Shown here one piece after another: positions 27,556 to 35,711 of a stretch of 36,811 nt of DNA. Source of the stretch: Candidatus Sulfobium sp. GTDB taxonomy: Bacteria; Nitrospirota; Thermodesulfovibrionia; Thermodesulfovibrionales; UBA6898. The DNA lies in NCBI GenBank assembly GCA_040235385.1, contig JBECKU010000016.1, positions 1-36,811 on the forward strand, given 5' to 3'. A program made the position numbers and the translations under genes. The notes under the pieces are model-generated. The model was not told the DNA's origin. It saw only the letters and a list, made by a program, of their open reading frames with translations, and ran no database searches. How positions within the stretch are numbered: position 1 is the first letter of the stretch; each line of letters starts with the position of its first letter.

Positions 27556-27756
27556 ATGAGACTGACGGTCAACGGTGAGACGCGTGAAGGATTGCACGCG
27601 ACGACGGTCGCGGAACTGCTCGAAGAACTGAGGATCGTCCCCGGCAGGGTGGCGGTTGAAGTAAACAGGAACATAGTAAGAAAGACCGAATATGAGAGCT
27701 TCGAGCTGCACGAAGGAGACGCGGTTGAGGTCGTGAATTTCGTGGGAGGAGGATGA
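27556..27756 (+). CDS. thiS: Sulfur carrier protein ThiS
   Basis: 66 aa, MRLTVNGE ... VNFVGGG with the C-terminal Gly-Gly. The longer track ORF (27475) would run through the riboswitch. Confidence 0.88.
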   Translation: MRLTVNGETREGLHATTVAELLEELRIVPGRVAVEVNRNIVRKTEYESFELHEGDAVEVVNFVGGG

Positions 27757-28538
27757 GAGTCGACACGATGGAAGACACACTTGTAATCAAAGGCATGGAG
27801 TTTCGCTCCCGGCTCTGGGTCGGGACAGGCAAATACAGGGACTTCGAGGAAACTGCGAAGGCGATCGAAGCATCGGGTGCGGACGTCGTGACGGTCGCCG
27901 TCCGGCGGGTAAACATTACCGACAGGAAATCCGAAAACCTTCTGGATTACATCGATCCAAAACATTATAAAATTCTGCCGAATACCGCCGGATGCTACAC
28001 TGTAGAGGATGCTCTCAGATATTCCAGACTCGCGCGGGAAGCCGGCGTGTCGGATATGATAAAGATCGAGGTGATCGGGGACGAAAAGACCCTCTTTCCC
28101 GACGTTGTAGGCCTGTTGGAAGCTACCGAAATACTCGCGAAAGAAGGTTTTATAGTCCTCCCGTATACGAATGACGACCCCATTATGGCTAGGCGTCTTC
28201 TCGATGCGGGGGCGGCAGCCGTAATGCCTCTGGCGGCGCCGATCGGTTCCGGTCTCGGAATCCGCAATCCTTACAATCTGAAGATCATCCTCGAGACCCT
28301 CAAGGCCCCGGTCATAGTCGATGCGGGAGTCGGCACGGCGTCTGATGTAGCTGTTGCAATGGAGCTCGGATGCGACGCGGTCCTGTTGAACACCGCTATT
28401 GCAGGGGCAAAGGACCCTATCAGGATGGCTGCCGCGATGAAGCATGCCGTCATCGCGGGAAGACTCGCGTACCGGGCGGGAAGGATCCCGAAGAAATTAT
28501 ACGCGACCGCAAGCAGCCCGCTCGAAGATATGTTATAA
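27753..28538 (+). CDS. thiG: Thiazole synthase ThiG
   Basis: [12 protein letters not shown], a TIM-barrel ThiG pattern ([28 protein letters not shown]), and ATGA overlap with thiS. Confidence 0.93.
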   Translation: MRVDTMEDTLVIKGMEFRSRLWVGTGKYRDFEETAKAIEASGADVVTVAVRRVNITDRKSENLLDYIDPKHYKILPNTAGCYTVEDALRYSRLAREAGVSDMIKIEVIGDEKTLFPDVVGLLEATEILAKEGFIVLPYTNDDPIMARRLLDAGAAAVMPLAAPIGSGLGIRNPYNLKIILETLKAPVIVDAGVGTASDVAVAMELGCDAVLLNTAIAGAKDPIRMAAAMKHAVIAGRLAYRAGRIPKKLYATASSPLEDML

Positions 28539-28630
28539 CGAAAATTATCCAGGATTCTCTGGAATATACTGAGAGGCGGACAGAAAAATATAACACCGCC
28601 GTTGTACTTGACGGGGAGGCGAGAAGTAAG

Positions 28631-29206
28631 ATGCATGCATACAGGTACCAGGAAATCGCGTATCTGATAGTGCCCATAATGCTTGGTTTGGAATTTTTCA
28701 TGTGCGCAAAAGAAGAGAAAAAGGAAAAAAATGAGTCTTCACTGGGATTTTATGTGCTCGATCTCCTGGGATTCATGTTTACTGCCCTGTTGCCGGCTAT
28801 TTTTATCTTTACGATCTGGGCTGTCGAGACCAAGGCGTTTCCCTTACAGTCATCCGCGCTTGCGAGACTGGACAGATATGCGGTCATGTTTTTTTTCATG
28901 GGGGCATGGTGGCAGGTATATCTCTTCAGCGCACTGCGGGCGCGGAGGATGGCGACGGGCGGGATGAAAAAATCGTATCTTTGGCTGCCTTTTCTCCTGT
29001 TCGGGGTCTTCATTTCCGTTCTTGTGCTCTGGGTATCGCCCTGGAATCTCAAGTGGATATCTGTGGCGTGGTTCTTTCTGATTTTCGGGATATTGAGCCT
29101 GACCGGTGCAAGGCTGAAAACGATCGAAAAGACAATGTGGGGTTTGGCCGTCGCGACCTTCCTTTTTGAGAATGTGATTTTTATGTGGCTCGAGAGCGTG
29201 GTATGA
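28631..29206 (+). CDS. Uncharacterised polytopic membrane protein inside the thi operon
   Basis: The ATG at 28631 lies after the thiG stop; the upstream part of track ORF 28370 overlaps thiG. The product is about 191 aa with 5-6 hydrophobic helices. Its stop overlaps the thiE ATG (ATGA at 29203). I recognise no family. Confidence 0.6.
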   Translation: MHAYRYQEIAYLIVPIMLGLEFFMCAKEEKKEKNESSLGFYVLDLLGFMFTALLPAIFIFTIWAVETKAFPLQSSALARLDRYAVMFFFMGAWWQVYLFSALRARRMATGGMKKSYLWLPFLLFGVFISVLVLWVSPWNLKWISVAWFFLIFGILSLTGARLKTIEKTMWGLAVATFLFENVIFMWLESVV

Positions 29207-29877
29207 ATAGAGAAAAATACTCCGCTCTTAGTGAGGCGATACCACGGACAGCCGGGACGATCGATTTCAGATTATATCTGATAACGGACAGAAAACTCTT
29301 TCCGGGCGTAGACGCCCTTTTCGGTGCCGTTGAAAAGGCTTTGGCCGCAGGCATAAGAGCTGTGCAGCTCAGGGAGAAGGACCTTGAAATCAGGGAGCTG
29401 CTGGGGATGGCCCGCAGCATGAGAGAAATGACGAAAAAACATAAGGCCGGACTCTTCATCAACGACAGGGTCGATATCGCCCTGGCCGTCGGTGCCGACG
29501 GCGTGCATCTCGGAAAAGCCGGCATGCCGGTTTCCGCCGTCAGAAAAATTACAGGAAAAAACATGCTCATCGGCTCGTCTGCCCACAGCCTCGAGCAGGC
29601 CAGAGAAGCCGAATCCGGGGGGGCCGATTTTATCACACTTGGTCCGGTCTATGACACTCCCTCCAAGAGGCGCTATGGAAAGCCGCTCGGACCGGAAATC
29701 ATTAAGTCCCTGATCAAGGAAATCTCATGTCCGGTTTTTGCGATCGGCGGGATTAAGCCGCCCCTGATACCGGAGGTTTTAAATGCGGGGGCTTTCGGGG
29801 TCGCCCTGATCTCCGGGATTCTGGCATCAGGCGACATAACAACAAGAACCGAGGAATATATGAGGTTACTTCAATGA
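29203..29877 (+). CDS. thiE: Thiamine-phosphate synthase ThiE
   Basis: LYLITDR, AVQLREKD, INDRVDIALAVGADGVHLG and FAIGGI motifs. The ATG at 29203 overlaps the upstream stop. The GTG at 29185 is an alternative start. Confidence 0.9.
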   Translation: MNREKYSALSEAIPRTAGTIDFRLYLITDRKLFPGVDALFGAVEKALAAGIRAVQLREKDLEIRELLGMARSMREMTKKHKAGLFINDRVDIALAVGADGVHLGKAGMPVSAVRKITGKNMLIGSSAHSLEQAREAESGGADFITLGPVYDTPSKRRYGKPLGPEIIKSLIKEISCPVFAIGGIKPPLIPEVLNAGAFGVALISGILASGDITTRTEEYMRLLQ

Positions 29878-31160
29878 CGAGAATAGAAATGGCAAAAAAA
29901 GGAATCGTGACGGAAGAGGTAAAAATGGTGGCTCTCGCCGAGAGAATCCCGCCGGAACAACTTTCTGAAGATATCGCTCTGGGGGTAAGCACCATCCCTG
30001 TAAATAAAAACCGGGATATTACCCCCCTGGGCATAGGCAGGAACCTCCGGACGAAAATAAACGCGAATATCGGCACATCCAAAGACATGATCTCGATCGA
30101 CGGAGAGATGGAGAAACTCGACGTACTGGTGAGATATGGGGCGGATGCCGTTATGGACCTTTCCACGGGGGGTCCGATCAGGGAACTGCGAACCATGATG
30201 CTCAAGAGATCGACCATCGCAGTGGGCACGGTCCCTATCTACGAAGCAGCGGTGAGGACCGCAGAACAAAAAGGGGCTATCGCGAAGATGACCCCGGACG
30301 AACTTTTTTCCGTAATAGATGAGCAGGGGGCCGCAGGCGTCGATTTCGTCACTGTCCACTCGGGCCTCACCATGAAGGCCGTGGACAGGCTCAGGAATGA
30401 AGGAAGACTCCTGGATATTGTCAGCAGGGGAGGCTCGTTCCTTCTCGAATGGATGATCTATAACGAGAGAGAGAACCCCCTTTTCGAGCAGTTCGACAGG
30501 CTCCTGGAGATAGCACGCGCCTATGACATGACGCTCAGTCTCGGCGACGGTATGCGGCCGGGCTGCCTTGCCGATGCCACCGACCGGACCCAGATCGAGG
30601 AACTGCTGACGCTCGGCGAGTTGAGGGACAGGGCGGTCGAGCAGAATGTCCAGGTAATCATCGAGGGTCCCGGACATGTACCACTCAACCAGGTGGAATT
30701 AAACGTTAAACTCGAAAAGGAGATTTGCAAAGGAGCTCCCTTCTACGTGCTCGGCCCTCTGGTAAGTGATATCGGGATGGGATACGACCATATCACAGCA
30801 GCTATAGGAGGAGCTGTTGCAGGGGCGGCGGGAGCGGATTTTCTCTGCTATGTGACACCTTCCGAACATATAAGGCTCCCCACCATCGAAGATGTCAAAG
30901 AAGGCGTCATCGTATCGAAACTCGCAGCCCATGCGGCCGATATTGCAAAAGGGATAAAAGGGGCGATAGAAGCCGATATACAGATGGCGAAATGCAGGAA
31001 GGCGCTTGACTGGAACGGGCAGATTGCTTTAAGCCTCAACCCGGACAAGGTCAGACAATGGAGGGCGGAGGTGCCTCCTGCGGAGACGGACGTCTGCAGC
31101 ATGTGCGGTGAATTCTGTGCAATCAGGACGGTCGAGCGGGCATTGAGAAAAAACGGATGA
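29874..31160 (+). CDS. thiC: Phosphomethylpyrimidine synthase ThiC (short form)
   Basis: Radical-SAM ThiC core (ANIGTS, VDFVTVHSG, IEGPGHVPL) and the C-terminal CSMCGEFCA cluster motif. ATGA overlap with thiE. Confidence 0.93.
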   Translation: MTRIEMAKKGIVTEEVKMVALAERIPPEQLSEDIALGVSTIPVNKNRDITPLGIGRNLRTKINANIGTSKDMISIDGEMEKLDVLVRYGADAVMDLSTGGPIRELRTMMLKRSTIAVGTVPIYEAAVRTAEQKGAIAKMTPDELFSVIDEQGAAGVDFVTVHSGLTMKAVDRLRNEGRLLDIVSRGGSFLLEWMIYNERENPLFEQFDRLLEIARAYDMTLSLGDGMRPGCLADATDRTQIEELLTLGELRDRAVEQNVQVIIEGPGHVPLNQVELNVKLEKEICKGAPFYVLGPLVSDIGMGYDHITAAIGGAVAGAAGADFLCYVTPSEHIRLPTIEDVKEGVIVSKLAAHAADIAKGIKGAIEADIQMAKCRKALDWNGQIALSLNPDKVRQWRAEVPPAETDVCSMCGEFCAIRTVERALRKNG

Positions 31161-31798
31161 TACCGCAGGCCCGGAAGGCGAAAGCCATGCTTCTTCTGGG
31201 ACCTACCGGTGTGGGCAAAAGTCCTCTCGGTGACTGTCTCGAGCAGAGGGGGGTCAACGGCTCAAGATGTCTTCATTTCGATTTCGGACACCGTTTGAGA
31301 CATCTTGCGGGCCACACGTCGCCATCTGTGGATTTCCATGTGAACGATCTTCTTTTTATCCGGAAAGTTCTGGCCGAAGGTTTACTGCTCGAAAAAGAGC
31401 ATTTCTCCCTTGCCGAAAAAATATTTCGTTCTTTTCTCCGTCAAAAATCTTTTTGCGAAAATGATATCCTGGTGCTGAACGGACTTCCCAGACACGCCGC
31501 GCAGGCAGAGGACATGGAAAATCTTGCTGATATTCAAACTCTTGTCATACTCGAATGTACGGCGGAAGAAGTGCACAAGAGGATCGAGGGAAATGTAGGC
31601 AAGGACAGGACGGACCGCGTCGACGACAGCATCGAAATGATCAGGAAGAAACTCGGGATCTTCGAGCGCCGGACAGCACCTTTGGTGGATTTTTATTCGA
31701 ACCGGGGAAGGCGTTTATGCCGCATAAAGGTAACAGCCGCCTCTACCCCGGAGGACATATATAAAGACTTTCTTACAATGTCCGCCGTTGTAAGGTAA
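31157..31798 (+). CDS. P-loop kinase with adenylate-kinase-like fold, substrate unknown
   Basis: Walker A LLLGPTGVGKS, an AK-like LNGLPRHAAQAEDM segment (compare DGFPR..QA) and an Arg-rich LID-like region (RIEGNVGKDRTDRVDD ... RKKLGIFERRTAPLVDFY). The ATG at 31157 overlaps the thiC stop. The ATG at 31187, with GGAAGG 8 nt upstream, is an equally good start. Confidence 0.65.
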   Translation: MIPQARKAKAMLLLGPTGVGKSPLGDCLEQRGVNGSRCLHFDFGHRLRHLAGHTSPSVDFHVNDLLFIRKVLAEGLLLEKEHFSLAEKIFRSFLRQKSFCENDILVLNGLPRHAAQAEDMENLADIQTLVILECTAEEVHKRIEGNVGKDRTDRVDDSIEMIRKKLGIFERRTAPLVDFYSNRGRRLCRIKVTAASTPEDIYKDFLTMSAVVR

Positions 31799-31893
31799 AG
31801 TTTAGTAAAATGGAAAAATATTTTTTTTCGCTCGGCACAAAGCTGCATAGTGTCCTTACAGATGCTCGGTGTCATGTTACACGCTCAACAGGC

Positions 31894-32028
31894 GTCATTC
31901 CCGCAATCCCGAATGCTTTCGGGAGTCGGGAATCCTTTCAGGAATTCCGGAAAGATTCTCGCCCCGTCCTTCTTGGCGGTTCGCCGTAGCGAACGAGTTG
32001 CTGAGGAGACCGTACGAGCCGGAATGAC
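31894..32028. repeat. Structured intergenic element with terminal inverted repeats (REP/MITE-like)
   Basis: GTCATTCC (31894-31901) is the reverse complement of GGAATGAC (32021-32028). Internal hairpins include TCCCGAA-tgct-TTCGGGA (31907-31924) and GTTCGC-cgta-GCGAAC. Only one copy lies in this window, so repeat status is unproven. Confidence 0.4.
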
Positions 32029-32159
32029 AACGTGAGGCTAATAGAGAAAATTAATTAAATATTTTTCGATAAGACAGTATTTGTTATGGCATATTCCACT
32101 GGAAGTTACGAGTGAGAAAAATTGTTCATTTACGTCATATCCAGGAGCGAGGAGATTAT

Positions 32160-35138
32160 ATGCGTTTTATGATAGGATTTTTGCTGTTATTTTTTTTAAC
32201 ATGTTCCCCAGCTGGAGCTTTCACGGAAAAGGAAATTCCGGAATATTCACTGACGGTACGGTTTGATCCTGAGAAGAAGGTCATCGCCGGGACCTCGGTG
32301 ATTTCTCTTTCTGCGGGTGAAACCCGTACTATAAGCACTGCGGGACTCAGGATCGTGACCGCTTCGATAAACGGGATCCCGGTCAATCCGGAACCCGGCG
32401 TTTCTGTTATTTCCTTCCAGCCCGCCTCGAAAGATGACAAGTTGAAAATTGAATATGAGTTTTTCCTTAATCAGGGGGAGAGCGCCGACGACAATACGCC
32501 GCCTGCTGTACTATCGGAGGGTATATCACTCACGTCGGGCTGGTATCCGGAACTCGAGGGCCTTGCAATATACCATTTGACCGCACTCCTGCCGAAAGGG
32601 CTGGAGGCAGTATCTGAAGCCGATGAGATAACGGTCAGAGAGACCGGGGAGAGGGAACGGGAATTTTCTTTTTCCTTCCAGCATCCGCTCGGAGGCGTTT
32701 CGCTTATAGCGGGACGGTACGAGATCGGAATCGACGAACACCAAGGAAAAAAAATTTACACATATCTTTTCCCCGAGGATGCAGGTCTTGGCCGTGTCTA
32801 TATCGAATATGCGAAGAAATATCTGGAACTATTTTCTGATTCCTACGGGGACTACCCTTACCAAAGATTTTCCATAATCGAGTGCGAGGCGCCGACCGGG
32901 TCTTCCTTCCCGACATTTACTCTGATCGGAAAAGAAGTTCTGAGATTGCCCTTCATTCCCGAGACCTCGTTGGGTCATGAGATTCTCCATCAATGGTTCG
33001 GCAATATGGTCTATATCGATTATGAAAATGGAAACTGGTCCGAGGGACTCACGACATACCTAGCGGACCACAGGTTCGAAGAAATGAAAAACGCTGGAGA
33101 CAAATACAGAAAGCAGATGATGATCAAATATCAGAGTTATGTTACTCCGGCAAATGACTTTCCTCTCAAGGATTTTACCGTCAAGACGGACAAGGTGTCC
33201 GGCGCAATCGGATATGAGAAGTCGGCGATGGTCTTCCACATGCTCAAGAAACTCTTAGGCGAAGAGTTATTTCACCAGTCGCTCAGAAAATTTGTCGACA
33301 GTAACAGGTTCAAACCGGCCTCATGGTCCGATATCAGAACAGCCTTCGAGTCAGTTTCGGGACAAGACCTTTCCTGGTTTTTCAGCCAGTGGATCGAGAA
33401 GACAGGCGCGCCTGACCTGGAGCTTCAGCATGTGCGACTGACATATAAGGGATCGAAGGCCATCGTAGGCTTCGAAGCTATTCAGAATACGGAAAACTTC
33501 AGAATTCATCTTCCTGTGGTCCTGGAAACTGACGACGGGAAAGAGGAGAAAGTTTTCGCACTTCGGGAAGAACTCTCCGATCTCGAGATAGAGACCGACG
33601 AACGCCCTTTGAAACTTGTCGTCGATGGCGGCTATGATGTATTCCGGACACTCTCGTCGGAAGAATTCCCTCCCGTCGTATCCCGTCTTCTGGGTGACAA
33701 AGACAGATTCTTTGTCCTTCCGGAATGTGGGAGGGACGAATATGAAGCCGTAGCCGGATATCTGACGGCCGAGGGATTTAAGGAAAAAGAAGGAGAGCGG
33801 TTAAGTTTCGAGGATGTCGATAAGTCATCATTCATTATTTTCGGTTCGGACTCCATAACCGCGAAAAGATTGTTCGGAACACCGGAAAAAATATCCGGCG
33901 ACTTTTCTTTCAGTGTCAGAGAAAACCCTTTTAATCCTTCCCGCGTAATAGCCCTGGCCGACGGGACCGATATCCCCGGCATGATTAATTACATGAGAAG
34001 AATTCCACATTACGGCAAATATACCACTGTTGTCTTTGAGGCGGACGGGGGCGTCAAGAAAGAGATTACAGAATCCCCCAACGGTCTTGAAGCAACAGTG
34101 ACTCAGGAGGTCCCTGGTATGGAGATTTCCCGCATAATCGATGTGCCCCGGATCATTAACGAAATCGGCGACAGGAAAATTATTTATATCGGAGAAAGAC
34201 ACGACAGCTTCGGGGATCACCGTGTCCAACTGGATATAATCAGGAAATTACACAAGAAAGGTTATCCGATAGCTATCGGCATGGAGATGTTCCAGAAACC
34301 CTTTCAAAAAGCCCTTGACGACTACATCTCGGGGCTGATAGATGAAAAAGAATTTCTGAAAAAATCCGAATATTTCGAGCGATGGGGATTTGACTATCAT
34401 CTCTACAGGGAAATTCTGCTTTATGCCCGCGATTTGAGAATACCCGTCGTCGCGCTCAATATCAGGAAGGAAATAGTCTCCAGGGTCGCAAAAGAGGGAT
34501 TATACGCACTCCCCGAAGAGGACCTAAAAGATCTGCCCAAAGACATGGACTTCTCAAACCTTCAATATAAAGAAATGCTGAAAGATTTTTTCGGGATGCA
34601 TCAGGATTCCGGTGAGAGAAGCTTCAATTTTTTTTATCAGGCGCAGATCCTGTGGGATGAGTCGATGGCCCATTCCATCGATGCCTACCTCAAGGAAAAC
34701 CCGGACCGCCGGATGGTCGTCCTGGCTGGAATCGGCCATCTGGCATTCGGCTACGGAATCCCGCACCGGGCCCATCGTTTAAATGGCCTCGAATACTCGA
34801 TCGTCCTCAACAATTCCGACGTCGAGGAGAATATCGCAGACTTTATTCTCTTCCCCGAACCCGTCGAATATCCTCATTCACCAAAACTCATGGTCTTTCT
34901 CGAAAAAGAGGAGGGAAAAGTCAGGATCGCGGGGTTCCCTTCCGACAGTCTTTCCGAGAAGGCGGGACTGCAGAAGAGTGATATTATTATCTCGATGGAT
35001 GGAACTAAGGTCGAGGACATCGCCGATATCAAGATCTTCCTCCTCGATAAAAAGAAGGGAGAGACCATAACAGTAACGGTGATGAGAGACAGGTTTCTTT
35101 TCGGACCCGAGGAAAAGGAATATCGGATTACTTTGTAG
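32160..35138 (+). CDS. Secreted multidomain protein: M1-family gluzincin peptidase, ChaN/Tiki-like (PF04187-type) domain and C-terminal PDZ
   Basis: The ATG at 32160 follows AGGAGCGAGGAG. Signal peptide MRFMIGFLLLFFLTCSPAGA. HEILH-x18-E (WSEGLTTYLAD) zinc signature. ChaN-like motifs IYIGERHDS, IGMEMFQ, WDESMA and AGIGHLA. PDZ-like segment AGLQKSDIIISMDGTKVEDIADI. Confidence 0.8.
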   Translation: MRFMIGFLLLFFLTCSPAGAFTEKEIPEYSLTVRFDPEKKVIAGTSVISLSAGETRTISTAGLRIVTASINGIPVNPEPGVSVISFQPASKDDKLKIEYEFFLNQGESADDNTPPAVLSEGISLTSGWYPELEGLAIYHLTALLPKGLEAVSEADEITVRETGEREREFSFSFQHPLGGVSLIAGRYEIGIDEHQGKKIYTYLFPEDAGLGRVYIEYAKKYLELFSDSYGDYPYQRFSIIECEAPTGSSFPTFTLIGKEVLRLPFIPETSLGHEILHQWFGNMVYIDYENGNWSEGLTTYLADHRFEEMKNAGDKYRKQMMIKYQSYVTPANDFPLKDFTVKTDKVSGAIGYEKSAMVFHMLKKLLGEELFHQSLRKFVDSNRFKPASWSDIRTAFESVSGQDLSWFFSQWIEKTGAPDLELQHVRLTYKGSKAIVGFEAIQNTENFRIHLPVVLETDDGKEEKVFALREELSDLEIETDERPLKLVVDGGYDVFRTLSSEEFPPVVSRLLGDKDRFFVLPECGRDEYEAVAGYLTAEGFKEKEGERLSFEDVDKSSFIIFGSDSITAKRLFGTPEKISGDFSFSVRENPFNPSRVIALADGTDIPGMINYMRRIPHYGKYTTVVFEADGGVKKEITESPNGLEATVTQEVPGMEISRIIDVPRIINEIGDRKIIYIGERHDSFGDHRVQLDIIRKLHKKGYPIAIGMEMFQKPFQKALDDYISGLIDEKEFLKKSEYFERWGFDYHLYREILLYARDLRIPVVALNIRKEIVSRVAKEGLYALPEEDLKDLPKDMDFSNLQYKEMLKDFFGMHQDSGERSFNFFYQAQILWDESMAHSIDAYLKENPDRRMVVLAGIGHLAFGYGIPHRAHRLNGLEYSIVLNNSDVEENIADFILFPEPVEYPHSPKLMVFLEKEEGKVRIAGFPSDSLSEKAGLQKSDIIISMDGTKVEDIADIKIFLLDKKKGETITVTVMRDRFLFGPEEKEYRITL

Positions 35139-35149
35139 GTATTCCCGGC

Positions 35150-35175
35150 AAAAAAAGGGCCCTATAAGGGCCCTT
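35150..35175 (-). terminator. Rho-independent terminator of the lipoprotein gene, possibly bidirectional
   Basis: AAGGGCCC-tataa-GGGCCCTT forms an 8-bp stem. On the - strand it is followed by a run of 7 T. It lies between the convergent peptidase and lipoprotein genes. Confidence 0.75.
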
Positions 35176-35200
35176 CCCATAACCGTGTTCGTCGGCTCTA

Positions 35201-35485
35201 TTAATATCCCCCTGCTTTTTTCTTCGGGGTTTCGGCAGGAGCAGTTGATTCGCCGGGAGCCTTCTCTTCAGCCGGAGCCATACCTTCCTGAGGAGCCTGT
35301 TCGCCCGGAGCCATACCTTCCTGAGGAGCCATCTGTTCACCCGGGGCTTGCTCCGCCGGTGCCATTTCTTCCTTTGGGGCGGGCTCTGTGGTCATCGGGG
35401 CTTCCTCCTTCTTCTTGCACCCGGCAAACACCACCAGCGAAAATGCCACCACAACAGCGAGCATCAGAATAAATATTTTTTTCAT
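35201..35485 (-). CDS. Small lipoprotein with a Pro/Ala/Glu/Gln-rich repetitive tail
   Basis: The ATG at 35485 lies 9 nt after GGAGG. Signal peptide plus lipobox (LVVFAGC). The rest is low-complexity sequence with APGEQ/APQEGM repeats. Confidence 0.7.
   Translation of the reverse strand: MKKIFILMLAVVVAFSLVVFAGCKKKEEAPMTTEPAPKEEMAPAEQAPGEQMAPQEGMAPGEQAPQEGMAPAEEKAPGESTAPAETPKKKAGGY
35272..35337. repeat. 33-bp tandem direct repeat (2 copies) inside the lipoprotein gene
   Basis: CCGGAGCCATACCTTCCTGAGGAGCC occurs at 35272 and again at 35305 (period 33 nt, 11 codons). Confidence 0.85.
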
Positions 35486-35675
35486 TCTCACTCACCTCCT
35501 TCCATTGAATAATTTACGGTCATCCTGTTGATGATCCAATATGGTGAAATAGTATATCTTTACCGGGCGACTGTCAACAAGAATCTCAGAAAATTATACG
35601 CGTCCGGATACCGGCCGGGATACTTCACAGCCCTGTATAACACCTCCTATCTCCATTTTAGTTGATGGGTTTCAC

Positions 35676-35705
35676 TTGTCAACCTATTTTCACGGGCGTT
35701 ATAAT
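35676..35705 (+). promoter_or_regulatory. Candidate near-consensus sigma-70 promoter immediately upstream of thiD
   Basis: TTGTCA (35676-35681), an 18-nt spacer, then TATAAT (35700-35705). The thiD ATG is at 35712. Confidence 0.4.
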
Positions 35706-35711
35706 TCGAAG

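Noticed and set aside
31850-32035. 61-aa + strand ORF in the thi/peptidase gap.
   Set aside because: It coincides with the inverted-repeat hairpin element. It has no SD and its translation looks like a read-through of structured repeat DNA.
35492-35711. A possible second TPP riboswitch upstream of thiD.
   Set aside because: There is no CUGAGA / ACCUGAU..GGAUAAU..CGUAGGGA core on the + strand. Only an isolated CTGAGA is present on the - strand.
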